Below, piece by piece: positions 36,852 through 49,300 of a stretch of 64,000 bases of DNA (the first letter of the stretch is position 1; every line of letters begins with the position of its first letter). Both the position numbers and the translations under genes were made by a program. This DNA comes from Marsupella aquatica (lineage: Eukaryota > Plantae > Marchantiophyta). The DNA is taken from the NCBI GenBank assembly GCA_973895155.1, contig OZ316895.1, positions 16,472,170 to 16,536,169 on the forward strand, read 5' to 3'. A model generated the notes under the pieces. The model was not told where the DNA came from. It made no database searches and was given only the letters and a program-made list of their open reading frames with translations.

Positions 36852-39050
36852 GTGGGTGGAAGGAAAAATTCACGAGGAGGAACCTGCTCACAAATGCACA
36901 GGCAAACTCCTGCTCAGGATACTCGGCATGGGTGGATTTTCTGTATGGGGGAACCGGCAAGCCCACACTTGCCAGGTGAAGGCGAGGGTCTAACAGAAAA
37001 TGCGCCGTCTTCTAAAATTTGACTTACCTTGTCCAACCTTCTCGTTTTTCAACATCAGCCTCATTAACATGAATGATTTAGCTGTCTTGGATCTCAAAGG
37101 TTGCCCGGAAAATTTTTCATAACCATGGGGAACCTCGTCAACCTGCACAGTTCGCTAGTCGAAGATTGCGATTTCTCGGTAGGATTTTATAGAGCTTTGT
37201 GGAACCTCAGGAACCTGCACATTTGTCACTTACGGACGCGAATGCACAGCTTAACAGATTACTTCGAAATATCTATCAGTTGACATGTTTGGAAGTGAGA
37301 GTGTCCGAGTCTCTTACATTGCCCGAATCATTTTGCCCAGCTTACAATTCTCAAGGATTTGGAATCTTCGTGCTGTGGAAGTTTTACAGCACAGAATTGT
37401 GGGTTCGCAACTCTAGCTCATGGGGAATAACTGTCAAAACCTTCAGATTTGTGAGCTGGCCAACTGATTTGGACTCCTTTGCATGCGCCTGTGAAACTCC
37501 GTAGCAACTTTTCTTTTGTGCCATAAATCTCTAGTAGACTGTGCATTCGTCTAGAAAAATCCCTGAGTGACAACATAAGCAGATTTGTGAGGTTTCCCAA
37601 GGCTTTATCAAATCCCCAGACAGGTATATGCACTTGAGCATCTCTTGCTCAAGAACCGTCACAGGTTACGTGTCCTGCCTCACTACTTTGGACACCCATC
37701 TGCGCTAGGGCATCTAACCCTTCCTGGAGTGTGGAAAATTTCATGCCCTGCCTGACTCGTTCGGTGAGTTGCCTGCTTTACAACGTCTACAATTAATCTC
37801 TTTTGAAGAATTACAAACCTGCAGGATTGGAAATGTCAAGCGTACAGAGGCGGTCAGCCTTGATTGGTGTGATTGAGAAGCTGCCCGACTCTTTCGTGAA
37901 TCTCACACGACATCTCTGAATGGTATACACCTGATTGCATCAAAAATTTGCGGTTATTGCACACTCTGGAATTCAGTTCACTGCCATACGTTAATGGTTT
38001 TTCTTATTGGTTGGGGAAATAGGTATCATCCCTATGGCGCTTTCACACAAAATCTTTCAGATGTGCGATCCAGGATTTTTCGTGACCCAAGAGGAGGAGC
38101 CTTGGTGGGCAGCAGTCTGCAGTCCACTGAGGATCGGTCAGAATCTCTGTTCTGGGTATCTATGAAGTTGTAACAAGGTACTGCACTAAAATGAAGGAGC
38201 TCTGGCAACTTTGTATCTGGACAATTCTGGAATGTTGCTACGACCTTGGCTCCAGGGACGTGTTACAAGACATAATAAAATGTAAGAAGAAAGATCTCGC
38301 TGGAGCGTTAATTGAATGAGTGCTGCTTTGGGGATTCTTTCTGAAGAATAATGTGTATTTTTTATAGAAGCGCATGGGCTTGGTGACCTTCATGCTGAGG
38401 AAGTTTGATGCAGTGCAAGCGGATACTGAAATGGCGATATCGTGGATATCCCCTATGTTTGGAAGGAGATAGGTCACTGATCACAAATTTTCTGTTGTGC
38501 ATATGTTTCCCAACAGTGATTGAATTTATTACTTATTTCCTAGGACTCTCGTATCCAATCCCGCTTGTGCATAGTTTGGTTAATGTTCTTGGAAAACTAA
38601 TCCTCAGCAAATTCCATAGTTCGTGGTCAGCTAATATGGAAGGTTTTGTTCGAACCAGAACCGTCATGGTGGATCTGCAAGGCATGGTGAGAAAACGTTC
38701 AGACCTTTGTAAGGGGTACATTGTACTTCTTGTACTTCGCGATCGGATGCACTGTTTACTGTGGTTTCCTAGAAGAGGGTCTGAGGCTTCTACACAATGG
38801 AGAGTTGCTGAAATTTCATCGTGAAGTGTCGGGATGAGTGGTGTCCATCCTTCTACGTGCGCACAAGAGAAAATGCCGGATAGCATCAAGTGGAGCGTCT
38901 TATGAAAATCATGGAAACGTGTAGCCATTTTAAGCTCAGAACACGTTGCTGAACGTAACAGAATTTGCAGACCTGATAACATTTCTTTGGTCTGATGCAG
39001 CTTCATGAAACATTGTTCCTACAACTCAGTCGCCAGAAAAAATTATCTGC
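36852..39050 (+). pseudogene. Decayed NLR (NB-ARC/LRR) resistance-gene-like pseudogene
   Basis: A frameshifted P-loop remnant GGTGKPTLAR at 36947-36976 is preceded by AQDTR / MGG fragments (compare consensus 'dvrmVGIxGMGGiGKTTLA'). LRR remnants follow: VLDLKGC (~37084), MGNLVNL, LTLPESF (~37313), HALPDSFGELPALQRLQLISFEELQT (~37742) and IEKLPDSFVNLT (~37872). Many stops. The right boundary is approximate. Confidence 0.72.
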
Positions 39051-40499
39051 AACAGATTTTATTGTTCCGTTTTCAGACTTTGCGAGTATGTGATGCAGGA
39101 GTGAATTGAATTGACGGGGTATGAATCAAAGGTCATCTTAGAGCGAAGAGATCTCAAATCTGTTTCAGGGTTGGAAAGGATGAATAATTGATTGACCTTC
39201 ATGACCTTGTTGTCTGCATCTGTGTATGCGCTATTTAATGCATTTGTAGATCTCTAATGCACTGACACTGACGGTCAGGGCCTTAGATAAGTGTTCAGAG
39301 GAAAAGTTGAGAACGTTTTTTAAACAGATTTAGGCATTGTTGATGACACAAGCCTTTACACGAATCAAAGCCTTGGCCCTACTTATTATATTGTGGGTTG
39401 AGCCACCTGACTCTTTCCACCCACAGCCGATCTGTGTTTACATGGGGATCAAACAGGTCCCCCAAGCCAATTCGAAATGACTTGTCATTTGGACTACAAA
39501 CTTCAATGTTGGGAGGTCATTTTGGCTCCACTGGTTATTCATGCCTGCCATCGCCACTTGTGATTCTGGGCTATTCAGTGAGTCCATTAAGAACCTTTTC
39601 CAAATAAATTTTGGCTTCACTGGTTATTCTTGCCTCCAATTGCCACTTGTGATTAAGGGCCATTCAGTGGGTCCATCTAGAACCATTTCCAAATACCTTC
39701 TAGTCAACAAGCTAGGCCCCTACAAATTCTGGATTGTCTCCTGCCTTTGGGATACTGTCCACTCGTGGTGTAGCCCTTTTGTTTAGACAGCGTTGTCTCG
39801 AGCGATTTGGATGGGACCACTAGCGAATATATGAAGCAAAAGCATAGAGTCTCCCTGCCGTAGTATTAACTTGGATGGGACCACTTCTGGAAAATTAACA
39901 AAATAGTATAGAAGCATTTTGACTCTTGTCGTGATACACTAACCAATTAGTAGCATATAACACCCCAATCCAACTGGTTATACATAGGACAAAAAGGGCC
40001 CCATCTTGTGAATAAATAAAGCAAAAATCATGAAGAGTTTCGACCCTCCACATTATACACCAGCGAATTTGTTATATGTCAGAGTGTACCGAAGAGCAAG
40101 AAGAGCCCAGACCCCCAATATAAAGGGGGGCAATAAAGGATTTTTCCAGGAGACTGAAAGAGCAAAAAAGTCCAAGAGTTCCCAACAATGGCAAGATAAC
40201 TAAAGCTCTACTATACATCAAACCTGAGTAAATTCAGTTGGAGGAAGTTGACTAGAGGCCATAAAACTAATTGTCTTGGCCTAAGAACAGTAAATGTCAG
40301 CCAAAGAGGCATGGCTGTCTCTGGAGAAACTTAGAGCTAATATTTATGCATAGAAAATATATGAAAGGAACAAGGAGTGTTGGAGAATGTCTCAAGGATG
40401 CTGTGGAGATCTTCTCCACAAAAGTGAAACAGATCGAATCTCAATCAAAAGTGCTGTAGTGGTCTTCTCCCCCAAAAGTGAAACAGATCTAACCTCAAT

Positions 40500-41150
40500 C
40501 AAAAGTGCTGTCGCCCCCCTATTGCATTTTTGACCGGTGTAGGATGATCTGGTCTTTTCTCAGGCAGGAGTTTGTGCCTTTTTGTGATGTGGTGGGTGTT
40601 GATACTAGTGGCTGGAGCAATGTTGCGGTTACCACCCATCATCTGCCTGACTTTCCTGCAGCCCAGCTCAAGGAAGAGGCCTCTGTTGTTTGTCATCCAT
40701 CATAGGATCTTTTCTACCCTCTTGCTTTGGAGGTCTTTGGTGCTCTCCACCCTAGATTTGACTAGTTTCTTCTGGCTTGTGCATTTTTCCTATTGAATGG
40801 AGGCCTTGTCTCCTGTTTCAGTCCTCACTGCTTTCTTTAGGGTGTTGGTTGCACTTTAGAGGGCTGAGGCTTTCACCATTCTTCATAGAGCCCAGACAGT
40901 TGGTTCCAGGGCCTCTAGACAGATTCTCCTTCATGACCCTCCTCTACGGTTTACTTTGAAGTTTTACCAGGCTTTTCAATTTTCCACCCAATAGGGTTTT
41001 AGTAGTCAACTTCTTAGTAGTATTATTGTTGTGGTAAGGAGTCCTTGGCTTGTTTGGCCTCTCGGGTAGTCTCAAGGTTCTTCAATTTTCCCTCCCTTTA
41101 TTGGGTAGTTTTGCCTATGGGATCATGTCTCCTGGTTTGTCCTTTTGGCA
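40500..41150 (+). mobile_element. L1-family 3' end fragment
   Basis: CCCCTTTATTGGGTAGTTTTGCCTATGGGATCATGTCTCCTGGTTTG (~41093-41139) aligns by eye with CCCCTTTATCGGGCCTCTTGCTTGTGGGATCATGTCTCCCAGTTGG on the minus strand of the L1 3' region at ~18260-18306. The left boundary is approximate. Confidence 0.55.
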
Positions 41151-41400
41151 CTGCGATATATTGTTGCAGTGGTCTTCTCCATAGAGAGTGAAACATATCA
41201 AAACTTCAATCAAAAGTACACGTACTCTAATTCAATAGGCTGGAATATTTGGAATAAACTATAATTCCAACAGGAGAAGGTGAGTTTGCGACAGGTTTGT
41301 CATGTTTTGTTTGTTATTGTAGATATTATAGGGAATAAATATATCACACTGCCAAAAAAACAAACAGTGTCAAACCCTAGACACAATATAGGGGACAAAA

Positions 41401-41682
41401 CTCAGGGGGTTATCAAAAATCTTAGGAACCACGTGCTATCCAAAATAGGTATTTTTGGCAGATTTTAACTAAATTTTTAAAAAGCGTAGGAGGCAAAAGA
41501 AGGTATTATAAACTCATGTTTATAGAATATTTTTTAATATACACCCTTTATAAAGTAAATTAGGTTATTAATATTGAAAATAGAGAATATTCTTGGAATA
41601 TTTTCTTTATAAAATAGGTCTATTTATATTAGGTTAAGATCGCACGTGGTACCCCAAAATATACACTTAGTTAACCCCCTAG
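41401..41682. mobile_element. MITE copy 1 (TIR CTC(A/G)GGGGGTT, 8-bp TSD)
   Basis: CTCAGGGGGTT...AACCCCCTAG, flanked by GGACAAAA / GGGCAAAA (1 mismatch). It is an inverted homolog of copy 2. Confidence 0.82.
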
Positions 41683-41916
41683 GGGCAAAACAAGGGAAAT
41701 GTGTGTTATGTCACAAGTCATCTGTGTCAAACCCAAAACATGATCCCAAAAGGTAAAAAAAACCCAATAAAGGGGGAAGACAGCAAAAAGATGTATTATG
41801 TCACAAGCACATCTTTGTGTCATCCTTTCCTTTCATTGAATTGTAAAATATATCTCATCCATCCAAGCCAAATCAAACCTTCCCAAGATAATGACCAAAC
41901 CTGCTATGGTTCCTCC

Positions 41917-42202
41917 CTCGGGGGGTTAACTTAGTGTATATTTTGGGGTACCACGTGCGATCCTAGCCTAATATAAACACACCTATTTTATAATGAGAAT
42001 ATTCTAAAAATATTCTCTATTTTCAATATTAATGACCTATTTCACTTTATAAAAAGTATATATTAGAGAATATTCTACAAATATAGGTTTATAATACCTT
42101 TTTTTGCTTCCTACGCTTTTTAAAAATTTAGCTAATTATATGAAAAATACCTATTTTGGATCGCACATGGTTCCTAAGATTGTTGATAGTCAACCCCCCG
42201 AG
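41917..42202. mobile_element. MITE copy 2 (inverted relative to copy 1)
   Basis: CTCGGGGGGTT...AACCCCCCGAG with a perfect 8-bp TSD, GTTCCTCC, at 41909-41916 and 42203-42210. Confidence 0.88.
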
Positions 42203-43249
42203 GTTCCTCCTTGCCATCCTTTTCCTTCATTCCTGCTGTATCTCATTCATCCAAGCCAAACTAGTTGTGGACCCCATGTTGGACCTGTGGTGACAACATC
42301 TTTGGAATAATGAACATTAAAATATAAAATTTACTCAACTGCTAACAATAGTTATGGAAAAGGTTAGTTTCAACATATATATTGAAAAAGTTTATCATAA
42401 CACATACATACAGTTAGTTATTTACACTCAAAGTGATTAATTTTCATCGTTTATGTTTTCCCATGATGATTCATTTCTTCACTGACTCATTTGTACATTG
42501 ACATTGCAAATGAAATGAAAGGTGTTTGTTATTGCTTGGCTCTTACACAGCTTTTCACTTGTGATCCATTCAAGCCCCCCTCATTCATTCCCGGATTTAT
42601 TCCATGTGGATGTCAATTATTTAGCAGCATTATGGTTTTTACTCCCCCACGCCCACCCCACTTTTTCTTTTTCGTTTCCCTTCTCTTTCATCTGATAGGT
42701 TTGATAATGGTCATTGGAAAGCTTTGGGAAATATATTTCTCTCAAATTTATACAGTGCATAGGTCCCCAAGCTAGGCAACACAATCAAATTCCAAGAAAA
42801 TTCTTAGCCCACACAAAGTTGAGACAGATGGCTGAAATTTTTTTAGGATGCAACTTAGGATGGTGACATGTACACTAGTAGCACAGAAGCAGCACTATGA
42901 GAACTCAAACAGAACACTTGACAAAGTTAAAGTTCTGTCAATTTGATGGGGACACACGTCACTGTTAATCATCAACATCTGACCCCATCCATTCATCTCA
43001 AAAGTTTGATGTGTTATTTGAGCAGTTATATTTACCCTTTTGTTTGTTGTTATGGACTTTTTTTTGCTGTTTACCGTCTAACTGTTTTTGGTGGCCTTGA
43101 GTCAAACACACATGGTCATGTTTGTGTACTGACACAAAACACAGTGTCCGTGTTTGTGATGAAGTGGAGCAAGGGAAATTGGAAAGCACTTCTCATGGGG
43201 GTGTATAGGGAAACCTGAGCCCCAAGATAATGACTAACTAGCCCAGAGA

Positions 43250-43368
43250 GGCATGACTTTGTGGCAACTCACTTGACTAGAGACTGATAGGTCTTGGGTT
43301 CAACTATTGTGGCTGACTCTTCCCTTTATGTGGGGTTTCATAGTTTAAATAAATAAATAAATAATAAT
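43250..43368 (+). mobile_element. Short SINE-like remnant
   Basis: B-box-like GGGTTCAACT at ~43296 followed by an (AAAT)n tail at ~43347-43367. Confidence 0.45.
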
Positions 43369-43445
43369 GACTAACTTGGCATGGCATATTGTCATCCTTT
43401 CCCTTCATTTCTGAGAATCATCCATCCAAGCCAAATGAAACCTGC

Positions 43446-43741
43446 CTCGGGGGTCTTACTATATGGGGACCTCCCCATCACCTGCGACGTTTTTAGGCCT
43501 CGGATCCCCTAAAATGTAAGAAAAAAATTTAATTTTTTAACCCTATAAAGTTGGAATATTCTTGGAATATTCTAAAAATTGGATTAAAAATACCCTAATC
43601 TTCTTATAAGTCTCAAAAATTAATTTAAAAGACCTTATTGTTCTTCTACAAAAATTCTTAAGTCTTCCCTTAGAACCAATAAAATTACCCTATCCTTTGT
43701 CGCACGTGATATGCCATTTTTGTGGAAGTGAAACCCCCGAG
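43446..43741. mobile_element. MITE copy 3 (related subfamily)
   Basis: CTCGGGGGT...ACCCCCGAG, with TSD AAACCTGC / AAACTTGC. It shares internal GAATATTCTTGGAATATT and TCGCACGTG motifs with copies 1 and 2. Confidence 0.8.
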
Positions 43742-44773
43742 AAACTTGCCCAAGATAGTGACCAAACTGAGCTGTTTCCTATATATGGGATGGCACAACA
43801 ACCAAAGACATAGATTTCAGACCTTAGAATAATAACAATATCCAATTCTCTAGTTTCACAACCCCATAAGTTACTATATTCAAGTATCAGTCACTCTCAT
43901 CAATCATTTGAGTATGGAACCTTCTTTCTCAATTGCAGGGAGTTGTGTGTGTGTGTGTGTGTGGGGGGGGGGGGGGGACTAGTTGTAAAAGTGACTCACC
44001 AAGGTAAGCCAAGTAGATTTTTTCCTAGAATTGTCAAACACAGCAACGTGTCAAGTGAAAAAGTGACTTGGCAAGGTCAGCCAAATGGAAACTTTCAACT
44101 TGGCAGACTTTGCAAGGTCAGCTGAGAATATTTTTTTTAACTTGGCCGGGAAATTCAGTGAGTGACTTAACAATGTCACCTAAGAGGAGATTTGGCTGAG
44201 GGGAGTACATTTTACAGTTTTTTGATTTAGGGAGACAGTAGACAATGACTGATGTGAGTGTATGACAACTTGATGGGATTAACAACATCAACTTCTCCAC
44301 ACTTGCTTAACATCTCAAGATCAACTTCAACTCATTGAAAAGTGTATCAAATCAGCTTTCAAGAAAACCAATTTTGCTCAATCCTGAAAACATTTAGAAA
44401 CATTATGAGTGCCAAAAGAAAGCCTAGTTTATGGAAGTCCCTAATCTGATTATGATTTTTAGGACTGCCAGTTTTGTGTGGTTTTCAATGTTACAATTGT
44501 TAGTGTAAGGTTATAAACATCCATGGGGGTAGTAAAGTTCACTGATACAGTATCAAATTCATGTTTCTATGGTGTTGCATGTCACAACTAGTAAAGATTT
44601 TAACTTCAAATGTTTGGGTGTACACAAGAGATTTAATTCTTCATTACACCATGAATTGCTTAAGATGAATCAGATATTGGTTTACCTAGTACAAGATTAG
44701 CTGTTGGGTTCATACATTTGTCAATGTACCACAAAATAATATCTCTTTTCAAATTCAGTAATCTACTGGGTAG

Positions 44774-46342
44774 TTTTTTAATAAAAGCAACATTCAGCGC
44801 AAAAGATATATATTTTATTAATTTTCCAAAAAGGGAGTCGGGAAAACTTACCAAACACAACCCCAGGGACAAAGGCTACCAAGGGAGAACGCCCACCACC
44901 CAACTAAGGCAACCCACAAAACTAAACCCAATCAGGCCAAGAGACAGAGAGACCACCACGAAAGAGTGGCTACTCTAGTGTTCTGGCTGTAAATCCTCCT
45001 AAAGTGCCTGCCTCTATTCATCTGATGCAGGGTCTCAAAACTCTGAACAAATGGGTATCTATGATTATGTAATTTCCTAATGCTGTTGGGTTTCCACTTA
45101 GTGCTAAGTTGAGCAAAGGTATTGGGCTGTCTGTTCTGCCCTTTAGAATCAAACTTACCCCTATTTGTCACATTGCAGTGTCATTGACACGGCTTTGAGA
45201 CAAAAGTCACCTCCTCATTCTTCTGCATCAGCAGTAGTGCACATTGGTATAGGGCTCAGAGTCTTCTCCAAAGGTTTAAGCACTGCCTGAATTGTTCAAT
45301 AGCCTCCAGAAGTTGCTTGCATTTTTTTGCTGAGTGGAAAATGTCAATCATGGAATTCAGGTGGGCTTCAGTTTGAGGATAACCCAACGGGGAAGTCTCC
45401 CCAAAAATTGTGAGTAGGTGGCCGCATTCTACTCAGTCCAGATGCTATTGCAGAAATCCATAATCAAAACCAGTTGTCCAGATTTACTTTTATTTCGGTG
45501 AATGGCATAAGTGATGGGCCCAAACAAAGGACTGGGGGGGGGCGGCCAGTGCAGGAGCCCCTTGCACTAGCCTGTTCACTTCTCCCCATCTCTTATTCAC
45601 CTTGGGACAGCTGAAAATAAATGCTCTGTGTGCTCAAAGGTTGACTTGCATCTAGATTCAGTCGTATACCTACCACTGACTGCCCCTGCCGTTGTTGTAG
45701 AAGCAATGATTTAGCAGGTGCCAAAGAAAAACCTCACCTTTTGTAAGGTCCACCCCTCCACAATTTGTTCCATTGCTCGATTGTGCACAATTGCCCCCAT
45801 CGTCTTAAAAGTCAGTGACCTCTTCAGTAATCAGCGAAGTACTGGCCCACACTTTCTTGGAAAAATGCCACCCTTTGTTCTTTCCTTTCTAGTTCCATTG
45901 CCAGCCAAGCCATAGCAGGTGTGCAAGCTCTGGTTGCTCAGGCCAGTATTGCATTTTAGCAGATTGTTGAATTTTGTGAACTCCATGTGCCCACTTGGTT
46001 GGTTGCTTTGTATTCTATTCATGACAGTGTCTTCAGCCATCCTTCCACCCTGAGGCAGCCACAGGTCTCCAATGCTCTTAATGCCTGTTAGCTAGGTACC
46101 TCCAAAGCTCCTGCCCTTCTTGCTCCATCACCTGGTTGTTCTTAGCATATAGCAAAACCATTTGTTCCATCAAGAGGTAATTGGAAAGCTCTCGATTTCC
46201 TAACTTGAATGGAGGAGTTGGCTCTTCCTATTCCGACCTTTGAGAAAACTATTCAGTGTGGAAGAGCCTTTAGTCACCAGCTCATTGCTCAAGAGGATAG
46301 CATCCATTGAAGTCCAATAATTCTGTCTCTCCTTCTTGTACG
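44774..46342 (-). mobile_element. Degenerate L1 LINE, 3' part (interrupted by Copia)
   Basis: On the minus strand the reading frame continues across the Copia TSD (GADIRSV | YKKERQNYWTSMDAILL). Decayed ORF2 C-terminus and an AATAAA-containing 3' end near 44815-44774. Confidence 0.65.
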
Positions 46343-49300
46343 TGTTGAGTATAGACGATAATCGCAATGGTAAGCACATGACATATCCAACATGCAAGTA
46401 GTCGACACAAGAGATACGTGGTTCACCTCCTTGAGGCTACGTCCACGGGAACACACAAGAGAGCTTTATTGAACTCTAAGCCCGTCGGCTATACCGAGTC
46501 TCCACAGTGTAAGCTCTCCCTATCTCTCCCTCCTTCAGCTCCATAACAATGAGCCTTGGTTCTACATCTCCAAGCACACGTGCCTCTTATGATATAGTGT
46601 GCAACTTAGTTAACCTAACCACATTGTTGTACCTAAGCACGTAGTTGTACCTAACCACGTAGTTGTACCAAACCATGTTGTTGTACCAACCCACGTTGTT
46701 GTACCAACCACGTCATACCTAACCTAGACATAAGAGTAAATACCCAACAATCTTCCCCTTGACTCTGGTCTAGGGGAGAGTAATACTGCCAATGTATATG
46801 ATCCCTCAACGGGAAGTTCTGGACAAAAACCAAACCGGTTTTCCTCTCTAACTAGAGCAAACCAGAACTAAGCCGTAGCCTTATACATAGGAATGAGGAA
46901 GAGCATATATCAATAATTACAATGAATGTTAAGAAAACTCTACTTGTGATGCAATTGCAAAACCTGCAATACATCACGGTGTCTAGACAAACTCTCCAAA
47001 AGAATCACTTTGGTAAATGCGTTAGCCGGGTTGAGTTTACCATCAATCTTGACTAGCTCAAACATATTATCAGACACACCCTGCCTGATAAAATGGTACC
47101 TGACGTCAATGTGCTTCACTCTGCTGTCCATCACCTGGTTCACAGCAAGGTGGAGCGCACTTTGACTATCACAATGGAGCTTCACATTCCCCTGTGGCAA
47201 TCTCATTTTAGTGATAAGTCTATCCAACCAAATCGCTTTCTTTGCTGCTTCCGCAGCTGCAACATACTCCGCTTCTGTAGTAGATTGAGCAATACACTTC
47301 TGCAAAGTAGACCTCCAACTTATGCATCCACTGCCAAGTGTGAACATGTATCCTGTTGTTGATCTTCTTCGGTCCAAATCTTGTCCATAGTCAGAATCTA
47401 CATAGCCAATCAATGATCTAGCATTCTTTGCATTCGCATCAAATAAAAGACCATGATCCACGGTACCCTTCAAGTACCTGATAATCCACTTCACTGCTTC
47501 CCAATGTACCTTCCCTGGATTTGACATGTACCTACTCACCTTGCCCATAGCCATGGCAAGATCAGGTCTAGTGCAAGTCATCAAATACATGAGACCTCCC
47601 ACTGCCTTATCATAAGGAACCTTTGACATCAGCCCCTTCTCTGTCGCATCTGTGGGACAAAAAGCTGATGATAATTTGAAGTGTGCAGCCAAAGGGGTAC
47701 TTACTGGCTTGCTATCCCCCATGTTGAACCTAGCAATTACCTTCCTCGCATAATTGCTCTGTGTCAACCATAGCTTACTAGCCTCCAAGTCCCTAGTGAT
47801 CTCCATACCCAAAATCCTCTTAGCTGGCCCTAGGTCCTTCATCTTAAACTCTGCACTTAGCAATGCCTTAAGCTTAACAATCTCAGACCTATCCTTGGCC
47901 GCAATAAGCATGTCATCCACATAAAGTACTAAAACAATGAACCCAAAGACAACATTCTTCACCGGTTTCAAATACACACAAGGGTCAAATACACTTCTGT
48001 GAAAACCTTGTGACCGAATCCAATCGTCAAACCACTTGTTCCACTGTCTTGGTGACTGCTTCAACCCATACAAGGATTTCAGCAATCTGCAAACTAATTC
48101 CTCTTGTCCTCTCTTCACAAAACCTACCGATTGTCTCATGAAGATCACCTCTTCCAATGTGCCATAGAGGAAAGCTGTGACAACATCCATCTGATCTAGC
48201 AGCAGACCAAACATTACAACAAGTACACACAATAGTCGTATTGTAGAGTACTTAGCAACTGGTGAGAAGACCTCATTGTAATCCACACCTTTCTCTTGTG
48301 TGAATCCCTTTGCTACCAACCTAGCCTTGTAGACCTTTGATCCACCTCTTGTGGAATTATCCTTCAGCTTGTAAATCCACTTGCTGTCCACCACTTGCTG
48401 ACCCTTAGGCAGCTTAACAAGCTCCCAAATTTTGTTGTCCTTTAGTGACTGCATCTCCGTTTGCATTGCTGCAGTCCACTTCTGCTTCTCCTTTGAAGCA
48501 GTGGCCTCATGAAATGAAGAAGGTTCCCCTTCTTCCAAAATTAACGCATCACCCTCATCATCAGCTGCAAAATCATCCTCTTGCAGTTGAGATGAATCAA
48601 CCCACTGTCCATACCTAGGAGGAGCGCGTACAGTACGACCAGATGTTCTTCTAGCCGATGACTCCGGTTGAATTGCGTCTACTGGTACAATTTGAAGCTC
48701 AGCAGCATCCATTTGCTGCTCACCAGCATCAATAAACTCCTTTTGTTCCTCTGGCACAGGAACCAACTCCATGCTTGGAGCACCTCCTTCTCTCCGATCA
48801 TGCACTTCATGATCAATCTCCCCCTCAACGAGATCCGGGATAGGAGATTTTCCTTTGTCAGTACGGGAGACCTGAGTATTCTCCCCCTCCTTCAATAATC
48901 TGGATTCATTGAAAGAAACATCCCTACTAACAACGAGCTTACAGGCAATAGGATCCCATAACTTGTAGGCCTTCACACCACTCTGATACCCAAGAAAAAT
49001 ACATTTCTTGGACGTAGGATCCAACTTGGTCCTATTCTGCTTTGGTGTGAGAGCATATGCATCACTTCCAAAAACTACCAAGCCATGATAGTCTGCTTGC
49101 CGCTTATAACGCATTTCAAATGGCGTTTTGAAATTGATTGCACTAGAAGGAGAAAGATTTACCAAATAAGCTGCAGTATTGATAACTTCTGCCCAAAATT
49201 CCTGTGGTAAACCTGATTGGCTCAGCATACTCCGTGACCGCTCCAATAGTGTTCAATTGAGCCTCTCAGCTACACCATTCTGCTGTGGAGTATAAACTGT

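Noticed and set aside
38405-39006. Overlapping 139-aa (+) and 157-aa (-) ORFs
   Set aside because: They lie within the decayed LRR region and show no independent domain signature.
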